From positions 124,001-188,000 of the forward strand of contig JBODTK010000145.1 in the NCBI GenBank assembly GCA_050613775.1: a stretch of DNA of 64,000 bases, given 5' to 3'. Positions 1 to 12,794 of the stretch are shown here, one piece after another; position 1 is the stretch's first letter, and every line of letters begins with the position of its first letter. The stretch is from Neocallimastix sp. 'constans' (Eukaryota). Made by a program: the position numbers and the translations under genes. The notes under the pieces were generated by a model. That model saw nothing but the letters and a program-made list of their open reading frames with translations. It was not told the origin of the DNA and made no database searches.

Positions 1-189
1 ATATATTTTTCACAACGGAAATAAACAAACAAACAAATAAATAAAATAAAATAAAATAAATAAAAAAAAGGATATTTTTTCATATATTTCCCATCTTCTA
101 ACACTAACATTACTATTAATAAATTAATAAACTAATAAATTAATAAATTAATAATTTTTTTATTTATATATTTATTTTTTTTTTTTTCA

Positions 190-630
190 TCCTCCTCAGG
201 GTATAGTTTTTTTTTTTTTTTTTTCCTTATAAATGAAGTTGGTATTCACTATGACAAAGTATTCCTGTTAACTAGACTCTTTATATCATTGCTAGTGCTA
301 TTGTAAATAGAGAGTCATTTGCACTTGATCTATGAAAGAGGATTAATGGAATTGTACTTCCCTCGATAATAATTCAAAAAAAAATAAATAAAAAAAAAAG
401 ATCATTGAAAAAGAAGTCCATAAAAATTAAAAAAAAAAATATAAAATATAAAATAAAAAAGTAGAAATAAAAAAAATAAAAGTAAATAAAAATAAATAAA
501 AAATACCAAAAAAAAAACCCGGTAGAACAGCGTATAGAGATAGAGACTATTTTTTTTTTTTTTTTCACATTACCCTTTCTTGCTTACTTAGAGAGAGAGA
601 GAGAGAGAGAGGTTTTTCGTCAGGCAACGC

Positions 631-666
<36 letters not shown>

Positions 667-790
667 GGTATGACAAAAACAAAAAGAATTCAGGGAGAGA
701 GTCTGATAGACTGATAGATAAACGACGTTTTAAGGGAAAGCTTTGAAGGTTCTATGGTCCTCCCCCCCTTCTATCGTTAACTTCAGTCTT
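190..790. mobile_element. Old, homopolymer-expanded copy of the SINE-like element at 36449-36834
   Basis: Collinear shared blocks with 36449-36803: ATAAATGAAGTTGGT, GCACTTGATCT, AGATCA..AAAAAGAAG, CAGCGTATAG, AGAGTCTG, ACGTTT(T)AAGGGA, GTCCTCCC. Blocks are separated here by long A, T and GA runs. Confidence 0.7.
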
Positions 791-1924
791 AAAATAAATA
801 AATAAATAAATAAATATATAAATAAATTACTCTAGCTTAATAATAAAAATAAATATAAAATTGAATAATTAAAAAAAAAATATATAGAAATAAAAAAGTA
901 ATAATAAAAAAAAAAAAAAAAAAATATATATAAAAAAGCATACTAAAATAAAAAAATATAATAAAAATAAAAACATATATATATATAAAGTTAATATGGG
1001 GGAAAAAAAAAGTACATCTTATGTTTATATATATTATGTTATTTTGTTATTTTTTTTTTTTGTTTTTTATTTTTTTATGTAAAATATTATATATATATAA
1101 TTAATATATATATATAAAGTTTCAGTTTATTTTTACATCAGATAATTTTTTGTTTTGTTAAAACTTTTATAGCTTTAAATTTATAAACTTAATAAAGCAT
1201 TAATATTTAGTTTGTTGTTATTATTATTATTAAATAAATATTAGCCTTTCTTTATATCATTCAAAAAAAAACGTATATTAATTAAATATTCATTAAGATC
1301 TAACCCTTTATGTAGGATATTTTCTTATAGAGTAAGGGTTTAACAAGAGGAGATAGGATTAAATATATATATATATATAAAAAACATAAAAAAGAATATT
1401 ATTATTATTAAATAAATATTAGCCTTTCTTTATATCTTCCCCTCAAAAAATAAAAATAAAATATTAAATTTTAAAAAAAGGAAAAAAAAAAAAAATTTTT
1501 ATTATAAATAATTTCAATATATTTCATATAAAGATATTATTATCTTTCTTCATTATTAATACGAATCCTTTTGTACTATATTATCAAATTTTAAGGTTAG
1601 AATTTTTTTTTCTAAAAAAAAAAAAAGTTAGAAAATTAGTATTTTTGTATTTACAATTTTATTAAACATTTTAATTAATATTTTTTTAAAGTTTATTACA
1701 ACTTTTATTATAATTTTAAATATTAAATAGGATATTACAACTAAAGAGGATATAATCCTACCATAAAATTTCTATAGAGTTTATATCATTTAAGAAAGAA
1801 AAAAATATTTTTAAGAACTAAAATATTTTTCAATCATAAAGTGTCTTTTATATATTATTAATATGAAAACATTCATATAATGGATTGAAATAGGTATAAT
1901 CCATTGAATATACTTTATATTTAT

Positions 1925-1995
1925 AAATAAATACCATTAAATTAATCTGTAAATAAATACCATTAAATTAATCTATAAATAAATACCATTAAATT
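1925..1995. repeat. Tandem repeat, about 26-bp unit (TAAATAAATACCATTAAATTAATCT) x ~2.7
   Basis: Direct inspection. Confidence 0.8.
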
Positions 1996-2665
1996 ATGTA
2001 TTAAAAAAAAAAAAGTATTTTACTTTAAATAAATAAAAAGTTAATAAATAAGCAAAACATTAAAATTATTTTAACAAGAAATATTAAAAAAAAATAAAAA
2101 AAAAAAAAAAAAACTATTTATTTAGATATTATATATATTATATATTTAAGTAAGGAAAAGAAATAGAAAAAAAAAAAACAATGTGAATCTGTCATTGTAT
2201 TGAATATAAAATTTTTTGAAAAAAATAAAAAAAAAAAGATTTAATTTTTTTTTTTTATTCTTATATATTGTATTAGTATTTATTTATTTATTATTATTAT
2301 TATGATTATATTTTTATTTTTTTTTTATATTAAAAAATATAAATAAAAATTTTAAATCTGATATCTAATATTTAATTTTTAAACTAAAAAAACAAACAAA
2401 CAAACAAACAAAAAAAAAAAAAAAACATAAAAAAGAACAGAATTTTTTTATTTTAAACAAATACACCAACACCAAAGTAATAGTAGATGATATATCTAAC
2501 ATCAATATATGTATATAAAAAAAAAAAAATAAAATAAATAGTATATAAATTTTCATTTATTATGAAAATAATAGGATTAATATTAATTTTTATTTATTTA
2601 TTTATTATTAGTTTATAACTTAGTTTTTTGTATAATAAAATATTTTGTAGTTATCTTATTTAGAA

Positions 2666-2712
<47 letters not shown>

Positions 2713-4536
2713 TATATATTCGAAGATAATAATTAGAGGATAATTATTATGAAATTAATGATAAATATAGATTTTATAAATGTAATTTTTTTTTAGAGTT
2801 ATATATACTTTTAACTTTATAAAAATATTATATATATATATATATATATTTTTTAAATATTATTCATAGCGAACATGATTAATTGTTTAAATATTAATAA
2901 TAATTAATCAGAGTAATAATTAAAGTAACTACTTTGCTATTATTATCATTATTATTAAAATATTTTAATATTTTTTTTATTACTATTATTATATCTAGTA
3001 TTAATTATTATTTAATATTTATTAATATTTAATGGTTGATATTAATATAAGCTATTATTACTATTAAATTAATTTAATTATTTTAACCTTTTTAAATCAT
3101 TTATTCTTATTCTTATTTATTATTAAAAAGAAAAAAAAGTACTTCAATATATTTCAATTATATTTCAAATATATTTCAAATATATTCTATTTGTATTCAT
3201 TATCCTAGATTAAGACCTCACTTTAATAATAAAAAATTTTATTTTTTATATTTTATAGGTAATTTTTATAATTAATTTTTATAATTAAGTATTTAATTTT
3301 TATTTTTATTTTTTATAAATATTAAAAAAAAAGTTTACTTTTTTTATTATTTATTATTTTTTTTTATTTTTTTTTAATCAAAAATATTACCATAAATGGT
3401 ATAAAAAATCAAAATAAAAAAAGCCTAAAAAGTTTAAAAATTTTAAATTTTTTTTTTTTTTTGATTTTTTTTTTTTTTTTTTTTTTTACATTTTTCAAAA
3501 ACATTTTGATTCGCTTACAGACACAAAAAAAAAGAAGTACATATTTTATTTTATTTTACTTTTATATTTTATTTTATAGTTTATATTTTATATTTTTTTT
3601 TGAATTGAAGAAAAAAGTGTATAAAAAAAAAAAAAGTAGAAAGAAGGTTTGAAAATGCTAATTAAATAGATTGAAATATTTATAAATTATAGATTATAAA
3701 TTATAAAATTTAAATAATAAATAATAAATAATATTTTATTTATTGTTATAATAATTAGAATAATTTTTTTTATTTGATAAAAGAAAAGTTGATGTATATT
3801 TTATAGTTATTTTTATATTTCTATTTAACTCTTTCTTATTTTATATGTTTTTTTTTTATTTTATTTAATGGAAATAAATAATAAATAATAATAAAGTTAA
3901 ATAATAAATAATAAAAAAAAAAAATAAAATAAAATTTTATTTATAAATAAATAAAAATAAAAATAATTTTTTTTTTTTTGGTTGTACAAAAGCAAATAAT
4001 AATAAAAAAAAAAAATAAGAAAATAAAAAAAATGAATGATCCATCAAAAGTAAAACTAATGAAATAATAGAAAGAATTTACTTTTTTATTTTATTTTATT
4101 TTATTTAACATTATTATTAATAAGTAAAGTTATATTAATGATATCAATGGAATTGTTAATATTTTATTATTATTACATATATTAAAATATATATATTTTT
4201 TTATCATTTAAATGGTAATAAAGTATTGTTATATACTCTATCTCTAATCATTAATAATAAAGTAGCAAAGCCCAATATTATATTAATTAAGAAACAACAA
4301 CTGCAACAACCATAAAATCATAAAATTGAAAATGAAAAAAAAAAAGAATAATTTACAATTAATGACTAGAGAATGTATTGCATTTTCATTTCATCTGTAG
4401 TTTACAATAATTAAAATAAGATAAGCATAAAAATAAGATAAGAATAAAATAATAAAAGTAAAATAATAAAAATAAGAATAAAATAATAAAAATTTCTTAA
4501 ATTTGGATGCATTGCATTCATGCATGCATACAATAT

Positions 4537-4702
4537 TTTTATTATTTTATTATTTTATTATTTTATTATTTTATTATTTTATTATTTTATTATTTTATTA
4601 TTTTATTATTTTATTATTTTATTATTTTATTATTTTATTATTTTATTATTTTATTATTTTATTATTTTATTATTTATTATTTTATTATTTATTATTTTAT
4701 TA
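4537..4702. repeat. (TTTTATTA)n microsatellite
   Basis: Near-perfect 8-mer array. Confidence 0.9.
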
Positions 4703-4905
4703 TAATTAATAAAGTTTAATTTATTTAATTAGTTTTATTCTTAAATATTTTATTTTTTATTTTTTATTTTTTATTTTTTATATTTTTTGGATATTTTTAG
4801 TAATTTTTTTTTGTTATCATTAAATAGAATGAAATCATTAAATAAAGTAAAAATAAATTAAATAAAATAATTAAATAAAGTAAAAATAAATTAAATAAAA
4901 TAATT

Positions 4906-4936
<31 letters not shown>

Positions 4937-7521
4937 GAGAGGTCCTTTTTTTATTTATTTATTTATTTTTTTTAAATATAGATAAAGATATAGAGGATAA
5001 ATAAATCAAAATTTTAATTCATGTTATTTATATTTTAATGTTTATTCCTTCATTATAGTATTTAGTATTTATAATAAAAACTTTATAAAAAAAAATATAG
5101 TATTTTTAGTATTTAATAAAGGAACATATAGTAAAAAGTACAGCCATTATTTTTCTGTTTAATTCATTTCTTGTAGTGTTTAAAAAAAAAATTGAAAGAG
5201 TAAAAAAAAAGAAAAAAGTTATTTTTGTTGCTATCTAAAAAGTAAATGAATTAATAATATTATAATAATAAATAATAAAAAAAGAGTATTGATTAATAAT
5301 AAAAAAGAGTATTGATTAATAAATAATAAATAATTGAATAATGTTTTCTGTCTTTTTTTTTTTTTTTTTTTTTTTTTTTTGTTATTGTACAATGACATGA
5401 AAGATTGGAAAATAAAATAAGAAATAAATAAAAAAAAATTAGAATTTATGTATTAACATCTTATTACATTTTGTATTTGTATACATTATTGATGAATTAT
5501 TTTCATTTATTTTTTTTATAATAATTAATAATAAAACTAAAAAAAAGAAAAAAAGAAAAAGAGAAAAAAAAAAAAGAAAAAAAAAACACCAATATAAGAT
5601 TATACATATCTAGACAATAAAAAAAAAAAAAAATAGAAATAGAAATAAAATAAGGAAAAATTAAAATTAAAAATAAAAGTTCATTTAATAATATAGATAA
5701 TAAATAATATAAATAATAAATAATATAAATAATAAATAGTATAGATAATAAATATTTATATAGATATAGATGTAGATGCAGATATTGTAAAGAGTTATTA
5801 TTTCAAAGTAAAAAAAAAGAAAAAGAAAAGATGGATAAAAAATGTATCATTCATTTTTATTATATATCAAATTCTTTATATTTAATTAACCAATTATTAT
5901 TATTATTATTGTTTTTATTTTTTTTGTCATTCAATGTCTAACTTATCTGAAATGAAAAGAGTAAAATAATTAATTCATAAAAATATCTTAAAAGATATCT
6001 TTCATTTTTAGATAAAATGATTAAAACAATTAAAAAAAAAATTTTTTTTAAATATAAAATATATCTAGATTTATTTAAATATAGATATATAGATATATAC
6101 ATAATATATATCATTGATATTTATTTTTTTTATTTTTTATTTTTTTATTATTATTATTTTATTATAACTTTATCTTCTAAACGATCTCTTTGCTTAGAAC
6201 GTCAACCATTGACTGAACATCATCATCATCATCATCATTCTTATGAAGATATAAAATAAAATATTATAAAATAAAATGTATAAAATAAAATATTATAAAA
6301 TAAAATATATAAAATAAAATATATAAAATAAAATATATAAAAATATAAAATATTAATCAAAAATTAGAAAAAATTTAAAAAAAAAAAAAAAAATCTGTAG
6401 CATAAATTAATAATAAAAAGTATAAATACTTTGTTTTAAAAAATTTTCTTTAAAAAGTAAAAAAAAAAAAAAAAAAAAATTTTTTTATACAATTATAAAT
6501 TTTTATATTTAAATACTTTTTTATATAATTAAAGTAAAATTAAACAATTCTTTATAATATATTTCATATTTCTTTTTTTATTATATTTAAATAACTTTTT
6601 AAAATATATATATATATAAAAAAAGAAAAAAGTATTTAATTATAAAAAATTTTTAACTACTATTATTTTCATGTATCATGAATCCTACTATTCTATATGA
6701 AAATAATAATAATAAAATTATTAATAAATAATAATAGAAACAATAAAGTTTATAAAAGTTTTTTTTTATTTTGTAGAATATTAAATAATTTTGAATATAT
6801 ATATAAACAAAGCATTATTTAGAAATATATATATATAAAGCACTTTATCATTTCATACTTTTTTTTTTTTTATTTTATTTTATTCCATTACTCAAAACCA
6901 AACCCAAAACCAAAAAAAAAAAAACTTCTCAAAACTTTTTAAAACAATTACCTGATGATGATCATTTTTTTACATTTTTTTTTTTATATTTTTTATTATT
7001 TTATTATTTTCTATTTTAATTAAAAAAAAAAAACTTTGAATGATAATTGGCTAAAAAATTTTTTTATACAATTTCTATTCATCTCATTCGATAAAAAATT
7101 TTAATCATTTCATTAATAATTAGAGTTTTAACTTTAATCTATACCATAAATTAACAATTAAATCATTTTAAATATATAATTTAATAATATATTAAATAAT
7201 AGATAGGCTATTAATTGTAATATACAATTCTATTCTATTCTAATATATATTTAAATATATTATATATACAATTGTATATATATAATTTTTAAAAAGAACA
7301 GACCGTTTAAACTTTTCATTTTTAAATTTTTTTATTTTTTTGTTCTAAACAGCCCAAAAGGTATGAAGAAAGCAAGCAAGACACTTACAAATAAAAGAAA
7401 TAATAATATCAATCACACTAATAATAAAAGTGTTTGATTTCTTTTTTTTTTTTATAATTCTTTTTTATAATTATTTTTTTATAATTATTTATATTTTTTA
7501 ATAATAAATATTTATAATTGA

Positions 7522-7552
<31 letters not shown>

Positions 7553-8309
7553 TTTATCATCGGCAGATTAATTTTTTTTTAAAGGCTTATTTCATTATTC
7601 TCCCTCTCCTTTTTAAAATATCATGATTCTATAAAATATATATATATTTATAGAATTAAAAAAAAAAAAAGATTGGCTTATGAACATTATTACTTTTTTT
7701 TTTTTTCTTTTTTAAACTAAAATAACTTCCAAATACAATCATTATAATAAGAATTTATAATGTAGAGAGAATAATAGCCAAAAGTGTCCTACGTAGAGAG
7801 AATAATAGCAATAGTAATGTGAAATCATAATGTAGAGAGAGTATTAAGAAATAATTAATTATAATTATAATTATATCCTATTATAGATATAAATATAAAA
7901 AAAGTTTTTTTTAACTATTGACTATTCATTATAATATCTATTCAATATAATATCTATTCAATATAATATTTATTCAATATTATTATTATTATTATTTTTA
8001 TTATTTATTATTATTTTTATTCATTATTATTACTATTATTCATTATTATTTTTATTCATTATAATATCTATTACATTTTTTTGTCTTTTTTTTTTTGTCT
8101 TTTTTTAGTTATTATAAATAGTATAAAGGTGATGATAGGCTAACCAATTAATACAAAAAGAAAAAAAAATTTTTATAATTTATTATATATTATATATTAT
8201 ATATATTATTATATTTTATGATAGTCTATAACATTATATAATAATTTATTATAATTGATTATATAAAAAAAAAAGGTTAATAATTTAAACAATTTAAAGT
8301 TAATTTAAA

Positions 8310-8425
8310 AGAAGAATGTCTACTTTAATTAAGCATTGAATAGATATATAAAATAGTTAATAATTTAATATATAGAAGAATGTCTACTTTAATTAAGCAT
8401 TTAATCGATATATAAAATAGTTAAT
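8310..8425. repeat. Two-copy tandem duplication, about 64-bp period (AGAAGAATGTCTACTTTAATTAAGCATT...)
   Basis: Direct repeat at ~8310 and ~8374. Confidence 0.8.
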
Positions 8426-11400
8426 TATTTATATAAAGTATTATATATTTATGTATGAATTGTAATTGAAAATATATATTCTAAATTGTATTGTACTTTT
8501 CTACTATTTAATTTTTTTTTTTTTTTTTTTAATTTTATATTTAAAAACTTTATTTTTTATTATTTTCTATGATTAATTATTATTTTATTAATTCTTTTAG
8601 AAATAGAAAAAGTTAAAGTTGAAAAAAGCTTTCTTTCTTTCTTTCTTTCTTTCTTATTTAATAATGTATACAGAATAATTATGTTAAAAATCATTTACTT
8701 AATAATTCATAGAGCACAAAAGTTAAGATATATTATTATGATTGAAATATTATAAATATGAATAGAGTAATGATTGTATTTACTAATTAGTATATTATGA
8801 CACTAACTATATTATATTTTCAAATAACTGAAATGTCATCCTGTTTATTCTATTGGACTTAATTATAGAGAAGAAGAAGAGAAAGAAAACTTTCACTGCC
8901 TGAAAAACATAGGTTAACTTTTAAGCATAAAATAGATATTTATTTATATGGATAGATAAATTAGAAAGAAAAAATAAAGTAGAGAATATAATAATAATAA
9001 TAATAATAATAAAAATATTATTAATATTATTATTTTATTTTATTATTATTTTATTTATTATTATTTTATTATTATTTTATTTTCATTTTATTTATTTTAT
9101 TTTTTTATTTTATTTATTTTATTTATTTTTTTTATTATTATTATTTTTTTTTTTTGGTAAAATGTAGTACAATACAAATGGTTTGTTCATCCAAAGGTTT
9201 GTCAATATGAATTAATGGTTTTATCATTAAAAAATATTCTATTTCTATTATAATGTATTGTAATGTATTGTAATGTAAATGGAATAAATAAATATGAATT
9301 TAATGTATTCAAAAAAAAATGTACCATTAAATTTTTTTTTTTTTTTGTAAGACTTTAAAATGATACAAAAAAACTATTTTAATTATTTAATTATTTACTT
9401 ATTTATTTACTTTTTTTTTTTTTTAACATTTATAGTAAAATAATAATAATAATATAGTGTTAATAAATTTTTACCCAAATTCATAATTAATACAGAATAT
9501 ATAATAAATAATAACAATCCTATCGAGTGATAACAAATAATAATAGTCAAAAATAATAATAATAATAATCAAATAATAATAATTTTAATAATAAATATTA
9601 GCTATAAATAATAATATTATTATTATCATTTTTAAATATGATTTTAGTATTATTACTGGTATAGATCCTTATTTGTTATATATAATAATACTATTAATTA
9701 ATATATTAATTTTATTTAATATTATTAATTCTTTAATTATTTTTTTTTTTGTTAAACTTCAATTTATGGAGAAAATTTAACTCTATTTATTAAGAATTGA
9801 AACATTTCTATGGAGTTTTTTATGGTTAATAGAATATAATATATAATATCAATATATTTAGATATATATTAATCAATTTCTAAATTAATACTTCATTTTT
9901 AAAGTTTAATAATTAAAATATTTTTTTTTAAATAAGAAAAGATGATCTTTTTATATTATTGGCTGAAATAATTATTTTTATATAATATTGATGCATTGTT
10001 TTATTAAAAAAGAAATAAAAAAATTATTTTTAATGTAATAAATAAAGTTACAGTATATTATAGCACATATTATCAATGTATTTGATATATATATTATTAT
10101 AGACATTATTAATAAAAATGAATTATCCATATATAATTATTTTATGTTAAAATTTTTTATAATTATTTTTTTTTTTTAGTTTTATTCTTTTTTTAATATA
10201 TATTAATTACACAAATTGTTAAAATTAATTTGTTATATATTAAGCCATATATTATTTATATGAATGTACACATTATTAAATTTATAAATTAAAATTTCAT
10301 TATACTATTATATATAGACTTTATATATACAGTCTATTTAAATGCAATCTTTTCATTTTTTTGTTTTGTATCTTAATTATACATTATACTTTATTATATA
10401 GAATACCATATATTATATTTAATTGAAAGCATTTGAATAAAAAAAAGTTTATTTTTTTTTTATTTTTGTTGTATTTAAATTATTAAAAAAAAAAAGAAAT
10501 TTTTAGTTTTAGACGTTATACAATATATTAAAATATATTATCAATTGATTTATTTCGTATTTTTCAATTGTTATTTAATTAATATAATAATATAATTATT
10601 ATTATTTATTAATTAATTTATATATAATTAATATTTACTATTATTTTATAATTAATTATAAATATTATTTTATGGTATTATGTTTTTGTTATTATTTATT
10701 ATATAATATTATATTTATTATTTAATTTAAATTTTTTTTAATTATTTTAATATTATGATTATTTTTTATTTTATTTATTATTTTATTTTGTTTAAACATT
10801 TAAAAAAAAAAAAAAAAAAGAAATTGATATATATTAATCATTACATGCTTAATATATTAAAAATTAAATTAAATAATATAGTTCTTTTATATTCAGTAGA
10901 TAGATATCCATTTATTTAATGATAATTGCAATTAGTTTATATTAAAAAAAGGCTTATTTGCAGTTATTTTTAAATGAAAAAAAAAAAAAAAAAGAATTCA
11001 TCCTATATAAAATGAATTATATTCTTTTTATCTTTTTTTATATGGGAATAATTATTAATAATATAATATAGTCTTATATTATGCTTATATTATAATATAT
11101 TTAAAATTTTTAATATCCATTGAATTAACTTTTTTTTTTTTTTTTTTTTTTTAAAAGAACAAAAAAAAAAAAAAAAGTATATATATATAATTAAATTTTT
11201 TTTTTTTTTTTCTTTTTTTTTTTTTTTATCTCTGCTAACTTTTTATTCATTTTATTTATTAATAAATTTTTATTCACAAAACTTATTAAAAATAATAAAA
11301 TTAGATATTAATAATTATTATAATAATTATTAGATTTATTTTATATTTTTATTAAAAGACCTAAATTTATTTTTTCATAATCCCTTCCAGTTAAAAAAAA

Positions 11401-11494
11401 AAAAGTAATTTTAGATTTATATCTAAAATCTTTGCGATTTAGAAAACGAAATAAAACTTGATTCCTTAAATTTACAAACACTTTTTAAAAAACA

Positions 11495-11819
11495 GTAAGC
11501 AATCTTTAATTATTTTTTTATATAATTATTATTATTATTATTACTTTATTTTTTTTTTTTTAAAAAAAAGATTACTTTGTAAAAAAAAGATTGGTAGATT
11601 TTAATCTATTGAAAATATTTAAATGATAGAATAAAAGAAATAAAATATATATGTAAGAAAAGGAAAATAGTGTATTAGTAATATTTATCAGTTATTAGTA
11701 AAAATTTATTTGTTTTTAATGGATAATTATAGAAAAGAAATAAATATAAAAATTTAGAAAAAGTTGTATTCAAATTTGATATAAATATTAATATTAATGA
11801 TTATTAAAAATTTTATTAG
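11495..11819 (+). other. Probable 5'-UTR intron of the RibD-like gene
   Basis: GTAAGC donor at 11495 and TTATTAG acceptor ending 11819, 9 nt before the ATG. Confidence 0.5.
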
Positions 11820-11828
11820 TTAACGAAA

Positions 11829-12794
11829 ATGCTTAAGGCCACTCACAAGAAATCTGCTCAAAAGTTACAAAAGAAGTCTTCCCAAGTTAAGGAAGAAGAA
11901 GCTCCAACTGTTACTAACATTATTGTTACCCCACGTATTGGTGCTTTCTCCAAGGCTGAAGTTCCAATTGAAGAAGCTCTTGAATTCTACAACTTAAACA
12001 ATATTGCTCTTCCAAAGAACAGACCATACGCTTGGTCTAATAGTGTTGCCTCTTTTGATGGTGTTGCTTCATTTAAGGAAGAAGGTGCTGAAGCTGCTGA
12101 AGAATTAGGTGGTAAAACTGATTTCAGATTATTAAACACTGGTTGGACTTTAGCTGATGCCGTTTTAATTACTCCAGAAACTTTAAAGAATGAACCAGAT
12201 GCTGGTTGTTACCCAAGATACGATGATCTTGTTAAGTACAGACAAGAAACTATGGAAAAGACTCACTTCCCATACCAATGTATCCTTACTAACACTGGTA
12301 ATGTTGACCCACAACACCCAATCTTCTCCAAGACTTGTGTCCGTTGTGTTATTCTTACTTCTGAAGAAGGTAAGGAAAAGGTTGAAAAGATCTTTGCTGA
12401 TGCTATGGAAGGTCAACCAGAAGATGCTCCACTTAGAAGACCAAAGATTTTCGTTTTCCGTCCATCCGAAACTGGAGAAGGTCTTGACTTAAACCATGTC
12501 TTTGAAACTCTTCGTAACATCTTAAAGGTTAAGTATCTTGATGTTAGTACTGGTGGTAGTGTTATCTCTCAACTTCTTCGTTTAAAGCTTTTAGATGAAG
12601 TTCGTATGACTACTAGTGGTCAAATTTGTGGTCCATACAACTCTGCTGGTCAATTACGTCCAAAGACTTTCCCAGCTAACCAAAAGGATGATGTATTCAC
12701 TGTTGGTACTACTCCTTTAATTCGTAACAAGGGTCTTAGAGTTATGGATGATTTATTCATTTTCACTCGTGGTACTGTTACTTACCGTCATTAA
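11829..12794 (+). CDS. RibD C-terminal / dihydrofolate-reductase-fold oxidoreductase (pyrimidine reductase-like), 321 aa, intronless CDS
   Basis: Motifs RPYAWSNSVASFDG (cf. RPxVxxxxAxSLDG), ADAVLITPETLKNE (cf. DAILVGxGTVxxD), and LDVSTGGSVISQLLRLKLLDEV (cf. LxEGGxxLxxxFLxxxLVDEL). Codon usage (AAG, TTC, AAC, CAC, GGT, CGT) suggests high expression. Confidence 0.8.
   Translation: MLKATHKKSAQKLQKKSSQVKEEEAPTVTNIIVTPRIGAFSKAEVPIEEALEFYNLNNIALPKNRPYAWSNSVASFDGVASFKEEGAEAAEELGGKTDFRLLNTGWTLADAVLITPETLKNEPDAGCYPRYDDLVKYRQETMEKTHFPYQCILTNTGNVDPQHPIFSKTCVRCVILTSEEGKEKVEKIFADAMEGQPEDAPLRRPKIFVFRPSETGEGLDLNHVFETLRNILKVKYLDVSTGGSVISQLLRLKLLDEVRMTTSGQICGPYNSAGQLRPKTFPANQKDDVFTVGTTPLIRNKGLRVMDDLFIFTRGTVTYRH

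Noticed and set aside
374..3652. Short F/Y/I/K-rich ORFs (also at 28145, 38824, 41982, 43001, 46664)
   Set aside because: Low-complexity AT-tract translations without gene-like codon usage or motifs
4503..4719. Three overlapping ORFs of repeated LLFYYFII
   Set aside because: Translations of the (TTTTATTA)n microsatellite
7757..7845. Repeat-spacer-like triplet resembling a mini CRISPR array
   Set aside because: Only three short degenerate units with unequal spacers, eukaryotic context, no cas genes
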